This document shows positions 18,701-27,629 of a DNA stretch of 64,000 bases, one piece after another (the stretch's first letter is position 1; every line of letters starts with the position of its first letter). Origin of the DNA: Desulfovibrio sp. (GTDB lineage: Bacteria > Desulfobacterota > Desulfovibrionia > Desulfovibrionales > Desulfovibrionaceae); contig JAFQNG010000005.1 in assembly GCA_017396005.1 (NCBI GenBank), positions 8,807 through 72,806 of the forward strand, written 5' to 3'. The notes below the pieces were generated by a model, which saw only the letters and a program-made list of their open reading frames with translations, ran no database searches and was not told the origin of the DNA. The position numbers and the translations under genes are program-made.

Positions 18701-20209
18701 ATGAAGAAGATCGCAACGCTCGTTTTGGCGGCCGGTCTGGTACTCAGCGCTGTTACCGGCGCTCAGGCCATTGATTTCAAGGCCAAGGGCCAGTGGATCA
18801 TGAGCTTTGACTACGGTCAGGGCGGTTCTTTCAATAATGATCGTGGCTGGGGCCAGAAAAATGAAGATGCTGGCCAGGATCAATTTGAAGCTCTGCAGCG
18901 TGTGCGCTTGCAGTTGGACGCCGTGGCTTCCGAAGCCCTGTCCGGTACCGTGTACTTTGAAATCGGCGATCAGGTCTGGGGTAATGCTGACAAGGGTGGC
19001 GCTCTGGGCGCAGACGGTAAGGTCGTGGAAGTCAAGCGTGCCTACATCGACTGGATGCCGCCTGCCACTGACCTGAAGGTGCGTATGGGTATTCAGGGTA
19101 TTGCTCTGCCCAGCTTCACCACCGGTAGCATGGTGCTAAACGACGATGTGGCCGGTATTGTGGCCAGCTACCAGTTCACTGAAAACGTGGGTTTGACAGC
19201 CCTGTGGGCTCGCCCTTACAATGATAATGGAGACTATCGTACTAACGGTGGTAACGAGCGTAAAAACTACATGGACAATATGGATGCCTTTGCGCTGATT
19301 TTGCCCATGAAGTTTGATGGCATCAAAGTTACGCCTTGGGCGATGTATGCTGCAATGGGGCCTGGGGCATTTGGTACCAGCTATAATGCTGAAGGTCGGT
19401 ATCCGACTTACTCCACCAACGGCTATACCAGGGCAGGTATGTATCCTGCTGGTGGCGCTCTACATCGTAATGGTAGTGATGCCAATGGTGCCAAGCGTAT
19501 TGGTGACTACACCAATGCTTGGTGGGCTGGCTTGACTGGCGATGTGACTATGTTTGATCCCTTCCGTTTTGCTTGGGATTTCACATATGGCTCTGTCGAC
19601 AATCCTGACGAAAGTCGTCTGAACCGCAGTGGCTGGATTCTTTCCGGTCTCTTTGAATACAAGATGGACTGGGGTATTCCTGGCATCGTTGCTTGGTATG
19701 CCTCTGGAGATAATGGTAACCCGGCTGATGGTTCTGAGCGGATGCCCGGTTTTGGTTACAACAATACCAACGGTTTCTCCAACTTTGCATTTGATGGTGA
19801 TCCGTACATTGCTCGTGACGCTGTTATCGGTCACAGTATGGCCGGTACTTGGGGTGTAGGTGCTCGAGTGAAGGACATGAGCTTCGTGGAAAATCTGAAG
19901 CACACCTTCCGCGTGAACTTCATGGGTGGTACTAATGCTCCTAGAATGGGTCGTAAGCTTATGGATGCCGGTATCTATGCCAACAGCTACGATATCGGCA
20001 TGGAAAACCTGTACATGACCACTGAAGATCAGGCTCTGGAACTCGGCCTGACCAACAGCTATCAGATGTACGAAAACTTCCTTGTCAATCTTGAAGCCAG
20101 CTACCTGACTCTGTGGATGGAAGATCGTGGCAAGAGCCGTGCTGCTTTGGAAGGCAAGGATTATCGCGACGCTTGGAACGTTAACTTGGCCTTCGTGTAC
20201 TCCTTCTAA
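18701..20209 (+). CDS. Desulfovibrio-type outer membrane homotrimeric porin (island-borne)
   Basis: Signal MKKIATLVLAAGL..AQA-IDFKAKGQW, QRVRLQLDAVASEALSGTVYFEIGD, C-terminal FVYSF. Confidence 0.92.
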   Translation: MKKIATLVLAAGLVLSAVTGAQAIDFKAKGQWIMSFDYGQGGSFNNDRGWGQKNEDAGQDQFEALQRVRLQLDAVASEALSGTVYFEIGDQVWGNADKGGALGADGKVVEVKRAYIDWMPPATDLKVRMGIQGIALPSFTTGSMVLNDDVAGIVASYQFTENVGLTALWARPYNDNGDYRTNGGNERKNYMDNMDAFALILPMKFDGIKVTPWAMYAAMGPGAFGTSYNAEGRYPTYSTNGYTRAGMYPAGGALHRNGSDANGAKRIGDYTNAWWAGLTGDVTMFDPFRFAWDFTYGSVDNPDESRLNRSGWILSGLFEYKMDWGIPGIVAWYASGDNGNPADGSERMPGFGYNNTNGFSNFAFDGDPYIARDAVIGHSMAGTWGVGARVKDMSFVENLKHTFRVNFMGGTNAPRMGRKLMDAGIYANSYDIGMENLYMTTEDQALELGLTNSYQMYENFLVNLEASYLTLWMEDRGKSRAALEGKDYRDAWNVNLAFVYSF

Positions 20210-20229
20210 TCTACAACTGCTCGACCTAT

Positions 20230-20254
20230 GGGGAGCCTTCGGGCTCCCCTTTTC
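20230..20254 (+). terminator. Intrinsic terminator after porin
   Basis: GGGGAGCC-TTCG-GGCTCCCC-TTTT. Confidence 0.85.
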
Positions 20255-20281
20255 ACACACTTTCCCAGATGCAGGGCCAGC

Positions 20282-20587
20282 ATGACCAGAACCGAACTCA
20301 TTGTTCGCGCGCAGGAACGCTTACCAGAAATGAGCTTTCAGCAGGTTTCAGCCTGCTGTGGTGCCTTGCTGGAAACGCTCTTTGATGCCTTGGCTGACGG
20401 CCGCGATGTCACCCTGCCCAGGCTGGGGGAATTCAAGATAAAGCAGCATCGCGCTCGGGTAGGCCGTGATTCCCGCAATGGCTTGGAGCGCGTCATCCCT
20501 TCCTGTTCTGTGGTGCAGTTCTACGCGCATCAGCACCTCAAAGACCGCCTGAACAACACCGAACAGAAAGCCGAACAGACGGCTTGA
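20282..20587 (+). CDS. HU/IHF family DNA-binding protein
   Basis: MTRTELI, VTLPRLGEF, RARVGRDSRNG..IPS..VVQF. Confidence 0.85.
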   Translation: MTRTELIVRAQERLPEMSFQQVSACCGALLETLFDALADGRDVTLPRLGEFKIKQHRARVGRDSRNGLERVIPSCSVVQFYAHQHLKDRLNNTEQKAEQTA

Positions 20588-20838
20588 CCCCACTCAGTCT
20601 CCCTCTCTCTTCTCGCGCATGGATATAGACCATGCAGTATGACGCATTGCGTGTGCCATACACGCTCGTGCGCATTGCAACAGTCGTACAATAGACTGCA
20701 AAATATTTGTATAACAATGGTATAAAATTGTAATTTCTGACTAAGGGTATGTAAAAATAGAATTACAAAATCACCCAACAGTATAATATAGGATAGCAAT
20801 ATCCTAAATTTTATTTTTTATAAAGGATGTAATATAAA

Positions 20839-21180
20839 ATGGATTTTAATTATTATGAAGCAAAAACAATCATTCGGCAGGGCATTTATGATAAAATTAC
20901 GTTCAAGGAGCTGCGTGAAAAGCTACCTGGATGGCGTAAGCGGCATTTGCAAAGCATTATTTTTGATGTAATGGCTGAGATGGGATTAAAAAATATACCA
21001 TTTCCAGGTATGGTTGTACGTCCACGCCTTAGTCGTAAACCAATTCCTATTGATAGCAATGGTATGCTTTGTATTATGGATCTCCTTAAAGAGAAAGGAT
21101 TCGAGGGTATAGAATGTCATGCTCGCTGCCATGTCGGCCAAACTAAGATAACACTTACTATAAAGCCTGTATCAGTATAG
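20839..21180 (+). CDS. Hypothetical protein, possible AbrB-like C-terminal DNA-binding domain
   Basis: AAGGA RBS; IPIDSNGMLCI..LL...G...ITLTIK reminiscent of looped-hinge fold. Confidence 0.55.
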   Translation: MDFNYYEAKTIIRQGIYDKITFKELREKLPGWRKRHLQSIIFDVMAEMGLKNIPFPGMVVRPRLSRKPIPIDSNGMLCIMDLLKEKGFEGIECHARCHVGQTKITLTIKPVSV

Positions 21181-21259
21181 CTGAATTATAAAATTTTTGT
21201 TAAAAATAGGGGCCAGTCCGCAATATTTGCGGCTGGCCTCACTTTATATGAGGTATGGT

Positions 21260-22510
21260 ATGAATAATAAACTCGATAATTCGAGAGAATTAGATGTTTG
21301 GATATGGTCAAATAAACCAGAAGTTAAAGAAGCTACGAATTTTATTTTTTCAAAAATGAAAAAGATATTGCCGTCTGGGTATACAGAAAAAAATATCAAA
21401 AAGCATTTAAGAGTGATATTAACAGATCTATTCGTAGCCCATAAGAAAAATCCAAAGTTATATATATCGTTCAGTAGGGATGTTAAGGCATATAAAGCCT
21501 CGAAAATATTTTCAAAAATATATTTAAACTACAGATATGTTGTTATTGTTACTGAGTATCTTAATGATAATGGATATATTAACTACAAAAAAGGAGTTAA
21601 TTTCTTGAAATTTAAACGTATGTCACGAATGAAAGCAACAGATAAATTGATTCGACTATTTAGAAAGTATCGTAGTGATTCAGGTGTTATACTTAAACGT
21701 AATCCACCAATATTTCTTCGTGATTCAGAAAAAAGAGATATAGATTTCGACTTGGACACTATAGAAATCAAAACTCTTATTCGTAACACAAATAGAATAA
21801 ACAAAAATCTTGAAAATCACTCAATTACATTCAATCCACCAGTTGATTTTAGCGATGACTATTCACGAGTATACAGTTTAATGGTAGACAACACTAAGTA
21901 TTACAGGGTATTCAATAACGGTTCATTTGAGCAGGGTGGCAGATTTTATGGACATTGGTCTCAGATGATTGATTCTGACTGGCGTAAGTATATTGAAATT
22001 GATGGTCATTCAACAGTGGAGCTTGACTATTCATGTTTACACTTGTCAATGTTATATGGTCTTGAAAATCAAACACCACCAGAGGGTGATTTGTACAAAC
22101 TCGCTGGTATAAATGATGCTTTTCGGAAGATTATAAAAAAATCCGTTAATATAGCTATCAATGGAGATAGCGAAAGTGTCGTTATTAAAGCAATGCGACA
22201 AGAATATTATCCATTTATAGATGAAGTTGGACTCATTCCAGACAGACCACAAACATTACTAAATGCGATTAAATGGAATCATTTGACTATTGAGAAATAT
22301 TTTTGTTCGGGATATGGTGTTCATCTTCAATATTTAGATAGCTGCATTGCTGAGAATATAATGATAACATTAAATTCAAGAGATATTTGCTGTTTATGTA
22401 TACACGATAGTTTTATAGTTGCTGATAAGTATAAAATTGTACTTCATGATATTATGATGCAGTCTTTCTATGATAAGTTTAACTTCTATCCAAGGATTAA
22501 CGCTAAATAA
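21260..22510 (+). CDS. Compact PolA/T7-RNAP-superfamily-like polymerase
   Basis: GAGG RBS; GGRFYG, VELDYSCLH, DLY, RKIIKKSVN, LQYLDS, IHDSFIV in the order expected for the family A palm/fingers. Confidence 0.6.
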   Translation: MNNKLDNSRELDVWIWSNKPEVKEATNFIFSKMKKILPSGYTEKNIKKHLRVILTDLFVAHKKNPKLYISFSRDVKAYKASKIFSKIYLNYRYVVIVTEYLNDNGYINYKKGVNFLKFKRMSRMKATDKLIRLFRKYRSDSGVILKRNPPIFLRDSEKRDIDFDLDTIEIKTLIRNTNRINKNLENHSITFNPPVDFSDDYSRVYSLMVDNTKYYRVFNNGSFEQGGRFYGHWSQMIDSDWRKYIEIDGHSTVELDYSCLHLSMLYGLENQTPPEGDLYKLAGINDAFRKIIKKSVNIAINGDSESVVIKAMRQEYYPFIDEVGLIPDRPQTLLNAIKWNHLTIEKYFCSGYGVHLQYLDSCIAENIMITLNSRDICCLCIHDSFIVADKYKIVLHDIMMQSFYDKFNFYPRINAK

Positions 22511-23054
22511 TAATATATATCTATACATATAAATATAGACATAGACCATAGTACATATACACATAACTTACCATTACTCATAACAATTTTTTGCTCTTTT
22601 TTCAATAAAAAAATTGAATATCAGATTTAATTTGTCGAAGTTTTTATTCTGTATTTTTTCTAATATATTGTTGAACATAGCCTTAGTAGGTATTGATGGT
22701 AGGGTTTGTAAAACCAAAAAAATATATCAATAATGTAGGCTGTGATATTTAAATAATAAATCTAGATATGTTTTTCTATACGAAAAAAAGGAAACATTTA
22801 AATCTTTGGGATGCAACATTGACAGAGCAGGGGCGTAACGTTTAATGTGTCTCAGGAAGTGTGTATTAATCGAGGGGAGGTGATGGGATTAACCACAGCC
22901 CATGCCACCATTAACCACACTGCATGTCGAGTGTATGACCAGCCCGTTTTGGTCATACAGCACCCCCTGATAGATCATGTTCCTTGGTCATACTTGAGAC
23001 ATACTACACGCTGAGAAAGTTAATAATATCAGTAGGTTGCTGTATGCCGTTGAC

Positions 23055-23124
23055 CCCTTACAAGGCGGGGGCCACAGGTTCAAGTCCTGTACTGTCCACC
23101 AATGATTTCAAGGGGTTACGGTGA
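23055..23124 (+). repeat. attR core repeat (3' part of tRNA-Val)
   Basis: Identical to 10324-10393; lacks tRNA 5' half. Confidence 0.95.
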
Positions 23125-23326
23125 ATGGCCGTAACCCTTTTTTATGGTCATACAGAATTACTGAACAGACAAGAATCAACATCATGGAAATGTTCGGCAT
23201 AGATCAGCTATTACGTCCGGACATCTCTTCATGAGGCTGCAGCATTATTGATGGCAGGAATTTCTGATGTGTGAGCGTTTCATGAGCAATAGGAAGACTA
23301 CCCGGTATAGCCAGATTCGAGGTCAT

Positions 23327-23944
23327 ATGAAGGCTGCTTGTCTCGCCCTTTTGTGCAGTTTTGTTCTTCTGACAGGTTGTGGCAGTTATCATCAGGTTCA
23401 GGTGGATTCACTGCGTGCACCTGAGGCCGCTTCCGGTCCCTGCCTCCTTGTAGCAGGCGAAACAGGAATGCCAGATGATGAGCTGATCTTTCAGGAGGTG
23501 TGTCGCCTGCTTACTCCCGCACTGATTGATGCAGGCTATCCACCTGTAAAAGATCCTTCCGCTTTAATGCTCACGCGTCTGAGCTTCTGGCAGGAAGAGC
23601 CAGAGACAGTTTACTACACGAGCTATGAAAGTCGCTACAAACCCATAACCCGCAAGGGGAAGACGGAGCATATACTGGTGGAGGAGCCGGTTCTGGAGAG
23701 CTATACCAACTATACCGCTATCCTTTTGCTGGAATGCCATGTCCGTTCTCACAAAGGTACACTTGGCCCTCAGCTCTGGCGTACCAAGGTACGCGTTATT
23801 GGGCCTGTCAACGATTTTCGTAGTCTGGTATCCAGTGCAGCACTGGCCTTACAGGGTGGTGTGCTGGCCAGCCAAAGTCAGGGACAACGCTATTTTGAGG
23901 TTTCTGTCAACGACAAGGGTGAGCGCAGTGTAAAGGAAAAATAA
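23327..23944 (+). CDS. Hypothetical lipoprotein
   Basis: MKAACLALLCSFVLLTGC lipobox. Confidence 0.75.
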   Translation: MKAACLALLCSFVLLTGCGSYHQVQVDSLRAPEAASGPCLLVAGETGMPDDELIFQEVCRLLTPALIDAGYPPVKDPSALMLTRLSFWQEEPETVYYTSYESRYKPITRKGKTEHILVEEPVLESYTNYTAILLLECHVRSHKGTLGPQLWRTKVRVIGPVNDFRSLVSSAALALQGGVLASQSQGQRYFEVSVNDKGERSVKEK

Positions 23945-23995
23945 GCCTGTTGCTTTCTGAGGCTGACGGACACGTTACTGCAAAGATGAGTGTAG

Positions 23996-26872
23996 ATGAC
24001 TGCCGAATATATTCAGGCACTCCTTGCCTCTCAGCGCTTTCGTGGTCAGATAGTGCATCACCGTATTCTGACTTCTGCTGACGCAAGCAGTGGTCAATGC
24101 AGACAGCCCCTGTCTCATGCCGTACAAAAACTCCTGGAGAAAAAAGGCATCACACTCTATGAGCACCAGGCCACTGCCATTGACCATATTCGTGCTGGTC
24201 ACTCTGTTGTTGTGGCAACACCCACAGCCAGTGGCAAAAGCCTGATTTACAACCTGCCCGTACTTGAGCGTTACCTGCATGATCCTGAAGCCAGGGCACT
24301 CTATCTTTTTCCTCTGAAGGCTCTGGCTCAGGATCAGGTCTGCGCATTCCAGAAGCTTTCCGAGCACTGGCCACAAGAGGTCCGCCCTTCCATAGCTCTT
24401 TACGATGGGGATACCAGCGCCCACTTGAGACGCAAAATACGGCAGCGTCCACCGACTGTCCTTGTCAGTAATCCGGAGATGATGCACCTGGCCATCCTGC
24501 CCTACCATGAGCAGTGGGCAGAGTTTCTGGCAGGCCTTTCCTGCATTGTGGTGGATGAGGCACATACATATCGTGGCGTATTCGGTTCTCACATGGCTCA
24601 GGTTTTTCGCCGGCTGAACCGATTGGCAATGCTGTACGGCGCACGACCCAACTATGTTTTCTGCACAGCCACTGTTGGCAACCCGGGGGAGCTTGCTGCC
24701 AGTCTCATGGGTGATGTGCAGGCAACGAAGCCCATTGCCAAGCCCGTTGTCATCGACAAGTCGGGCGCACCTCAGGGACCGCGTCATTTTGTTTTCATCA
24801 ATCCGGAACAAAGTCCTGCCTCAGCTGCCATTGACCTGCTTAAAGCTGCCTTGGCCCGCCGCTTACGCACCATCGTCTACTGCCGTTCAAGGCGCATGAC
24901 AGAGCTGATAAGTATCTGGGCTGGAAGCCAGGCCGGACCATATGGCAATCGTATTTCAGCGTATCGGGCTGGCTATCTGCCAGAAGAACGGCGTGATATC
25001 GAATCGCGCATGTCATCGGGTGAGCTGCTGGCGGTGGTCAGCACCAGTGCACTGGAGCTTGGTATCGACATAGGTGGGCTGGATATCTGCATTCTGCTTG
25101 GCTACCCGGGTACGGTCATGTCCACCATGCAACGTGGTGGCCGTGTAGGCCGCTCATTGCGGGAGTCTGCTGTCATCATCATTGCAGGCGAAGATGCGCT
25201 GGATCAGTATTTTGCCAGAAATCCGCACGATTTCTTCAGTCGTCCATCCGAAAATGCCATTGTGAATCCTGACAATGAAGTCATCCTGGCTCGCCACCTG
25301 GAATGTGCCGCTGCTGAACGAAGCCTGCGTACCAGTGAACCGTGGCTACAGACAAAAGGAGCACAAAGAGCCTTACACGATCTGGCAGAAAAAGGCCTGC
25401 TGCTCCAGTCGGCTGACGGATCGCACTGGCTGGCTGCCCGTCAACGGCCTCAACGCCATGTAGACCTGCGGGGAACAGGACAGACCTATACTATTATTGA
25501 TACAGACGGTACTGTCATAGGCTCAGTAGATGGATTCAGAGTATGGAGAGAGGCGCATCCTGGTGCCATATATCTGCATCATGGTAAAAGCTATGTCATC
25601 GAGTCCATTGCCCCGGATAAAAATGAAGTGCTGGCTGCAAAAGCCAAAGCCTCATGGTTCACACGTACGCGCGGTACAAAGCAGACAGAAATTCTGGAGG
25701 AGTACCAGCGATTTGTGCTGGGCCGTGTGCTGCTCTGCCGTGGACGTCTGCGTATCACAGATCAGATAACGGGCTATGAAAAGCGCAGCACATCCGGCAA
25801 CCGTCTGCTGGGCATTATTCCACTGGAGGCACCGCCACAGGTCTTTGAAACCGAAGGTCTCTGGTATGTCATCCCTGATGAGATACGCTGTGCTCTGGAA
25901 GAGGAGTTCATCCACTTCATGGGTGCCATTCATGCGCTTGAGCACACGCTCATTGGTCTGATGCCGCTTGCTGTCATGGCAGACCGTAATGACTTTGGCG
26001 GCATATCCACACCAATCCATCCTCAGACGGCACTTGCCAGTATTTTTGTCTATGATGGACTGCCTGGCGGTGCAGGGCTTACGCGACAGGCCTTCAGCCA
26101 GGGGCAGCATATGCTGGAAGCTGCCCATGACTGCATCAGGCACTGTACGTGCGAAGATGGCTGTCCATCCTGTGTACATTCACCCAAATGCGGTTCCGGC
26201 AACCGCCCTATCAGCAAAAGCGGTGCTCTACGGCTGCTGGAGGCCATGCTGGCAGATGGAGACGAAGGGGGAAAACTGTCAGCTTCTCTGCCTGTAGCGC
26301 ACCAGCCTCAGGTTCAGGTCAGAAGTGTCTCTGCTCCCCGTCATTTTCTGGTTTTTGACGTGGAGACACGCCGTTCCGCGCAAGACGTAGGCGGCTGGCA
26401 CAAGGCAGGTGATATGGGCGTCAGTGTTGCTGTGGCCTATGACAGTCTGGCAGACGATTTTTTTACCTATACGCAGGATGCGCTGCCAGCACTTTTTGAA
26501 CGTATGCGTTCAGCAGAGCTCGTGATAGGCTTCAACAGTCTGCGCTTTGACTATGCTGTTCTTGCTCCCTTTGCGGATTTTGACCTTCGTTCCCTCCCAT
26601 CCCTTGATATTCTGCACGTTATCAAATCAAAGCTGAACTATCGGCTTTCATTGGAAAATCTGGTACAGGCGACTTTCGATGCGGCCAAGACTGCTGATGG
26701 ACTTCAGGCACTCCGCTGGTGGCAGGAAGGCCGTACAGCTGAAATTGCCAAATACTGCAGAGCAGATGTGGATCTCACTCGTCGTCTCTATCTTTTTGGT
26801 CTTGCTGAGGGATATGTGCTTTTCAAGAATAAGGCCGGGCAGAAAGTTCGTCTGCCTGTAGACTTCACTTGA
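23996..26872 (+). CDS. DEAH helicase with DUF1998 Zn domain and C-terminal RNase H-like exonuclease (Hrq1/MrfA + MrfB-like)
   Basis: PTASGKS, VDEAH, LELGIDIG, QRGGRVGR, CTCEDGCPSC, FDVET, GFN..FD, YC..D. Confidence 0.92.
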   Translation: MTAEYIQALLASQRFRGQIVHHRILTSADASSGQCRQPLSHAVQKLLEKKGITLYEHQATAIDHIRAGHSVVVATPTASGKSLIYNLPVLERYLHDPEARALYLFPLKALAQDQVCAFQKLSEHWPQEVRPSIALYDGDTSAHLRRKIRQRPPTVLVSNPEMMHLAILPYHEQWAEFLAGLSCIVVDEAHTYRGVFGSHMAQVFRRLNRLAMLYGARPNYVFCTATVGNPGELAASLMGDVQATKPIAKPVVIDKSGAPQGPRHFVFINPEQSPASAAIDLLKAALARRLRTIVYCRSRRMTELISIWAGSQAGPYGNRISAYRAGYLPEERRDIESRMSSGELLAVVSTSALELGIDIGGLDICILLGYPGTVMSTMQRGGRVGRSLRESAVIIIAGEDALDQYFARNPHDFFSRPSENAIVNPDNEVILARHLECAAAERSLRTSEPWLQTKGAQRALHDLAEKGLLLQSADGSHWLAARQRPQRHVDLRGTGQTYTIIDTDGTVIGSVDGFRVWREAHPGAIYLHHGKSYVIESIAPDKNEVLAAKAKASWFTRTRGTKQTEILEEYQRFVLGRVLLCRGRLRITDQITGYEKRSTSGNRLLGIIPLEAPPQVFETEGLWYVIPDEIRCALEEEFIHFMGAIHALEHTLIGLMPLAVMADRNDFGGISTPIHPQTALASIFVYDGLPGGAGLTRQAFSQGQHMLEAAHDCIRHCTCEDGCPSCVHSPKCGSGNRPISKSGALRLLEAMLADGDEGGKLSASLPVAHQPQVQVRSVSAPRHFLVFDVETRRSAQDVGGWHKAGDMGVSVAVAYDSLADDFFTYTQDALPALFERMRSAELVIGFNSLRFDYAVLAPFADFDLRSLPSLDILHVIKSKLNYRLSLENLVQATFDAAKTADGLQALRWWQEGRTAEIAKYCRADVDLTRRLYLFGLAEGYVLFKNKAGQKVRLPVDFT

Positions 26873-26935
26873 GCTGACGCAAAACGCAGCTTCCGACATT
26901 CGAGAAATCTACGCCAGAGACTTGATGCTCTCAGC

Positions 26936-27394
26936 TCAGGCATTATCTTCGCGTTTCAGGGCATGCATGCTGACCTGGGCCGGGCCGTCGTTGTTCTGCG
27001 GGGCCTGCAGGCCCAGGCGGGCCTCATGGTTGATGAAGACAGGGCCGGTGAGGTTGAGCACCGCATCCTGCGGTCGTCCGGCAGGGATGGACACGGTCAC
27101 CAAGACAGCAGCATCTTCCACCTGTGCTATCTGCAGAAGCTGCCGTTCGGCTTCGCCCAGGCTCACGTCAAAGCGTTCCATAAAGCTGTAGGGGTCAGCC
27201 ACCAGAAGGCCCACCACAGGATTGTGTACGCTTTGCAGAATGAGCAGTGGTGCCTCAGGCCGGATCTGCAGCAGGATGAAATCCCGCTCGTTTTCCAGGC
27301 CGATGAGGCCGTGGGGAAAGTGAATTACCTTTTGGGTGTCGATAGTACGCCGTCCCAGGCGGGTGTCGATCTCTACTTCTGTTTCTAGTGCCAT
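26936..27394 (-). CDS. fliW: Flagellar assembly factor FliW
   Basis: [27 protein letters not shown]; overlaps csrA. Confidence 0.9.
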   Translation of the reverse strand: MALETEVEIDTRLGRRTIDTQKVIHFPHGLIGLENERDFILLQIRPEAPLLILQSVHNPVVGLLVADPYSFMERFDVSLGEAERQLLQIAQVEDAAVLVTVSIPAGRPQDAVLNLTGPVFINHEARLGLQAPQNNDGPAQVSMHALKREDNA

Positions 27395-27609
27395 AGCTCC
27401 GCCGCCACCATGAAGTCTTCGTTGCTCGTCGCCAGGGCGCGACGGTTTTCTTCCATGACCCTCTTGTATACCTCTTCGCGGTAAACAGTGATATCTGCGG
27501 GCACGTCCAGGCCCAGTTTGACCTGTTTTCCCTGCATGCCCAGCACAGTGATGCGTATGTTTTCGCCCAGGCAAAGGGTCTCACCCGGGCGTCGTGTCAA
27601 AATCAGCAT
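27385..27609 (-). CDS. csrA: Carbon storage regulator CsrA
   Basis: [16 protein letters not shown]. Confidence 0.95.
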   Translation of the reverse strand: MLILTRRPGETLCLGENIRITVLGMQGKQVKLGLDVPADITVYREEVYKRVMEENRRALATSNEDFMVAAELWH

Positions 27610-27629
27610 GGCCTTTCCACTGCCTGCCC

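Larger units (their letters stand above)
10324..23124. mobile_element. Integrative element / genomic island in tRNA-Val (~12.8 kb)
   Basis: Flanked by 70-bp perfect direct repeat of tRNA 3' part; tyrosine integrase at left end; phage/ICE-type cargo; AT-rich segments. Confidence 0.95.

Noticed and set aside
23055-23101. Second tRNA-Val
   Set aside because: Only the 3' part is present; it is the attR duplication
10324-23124. Intact prophage or full ICE
   Set aside because: No capsid, terminase, tail, lysis, relaxase or T4SS genes between the att sites
23996-26872. DUF1998 helicase as DISARM/Druantia defence gene beside the island
   Set aside because: Outside attR, host-like composition, no partner genes; architecture fits Hrq1/MrfAB repair
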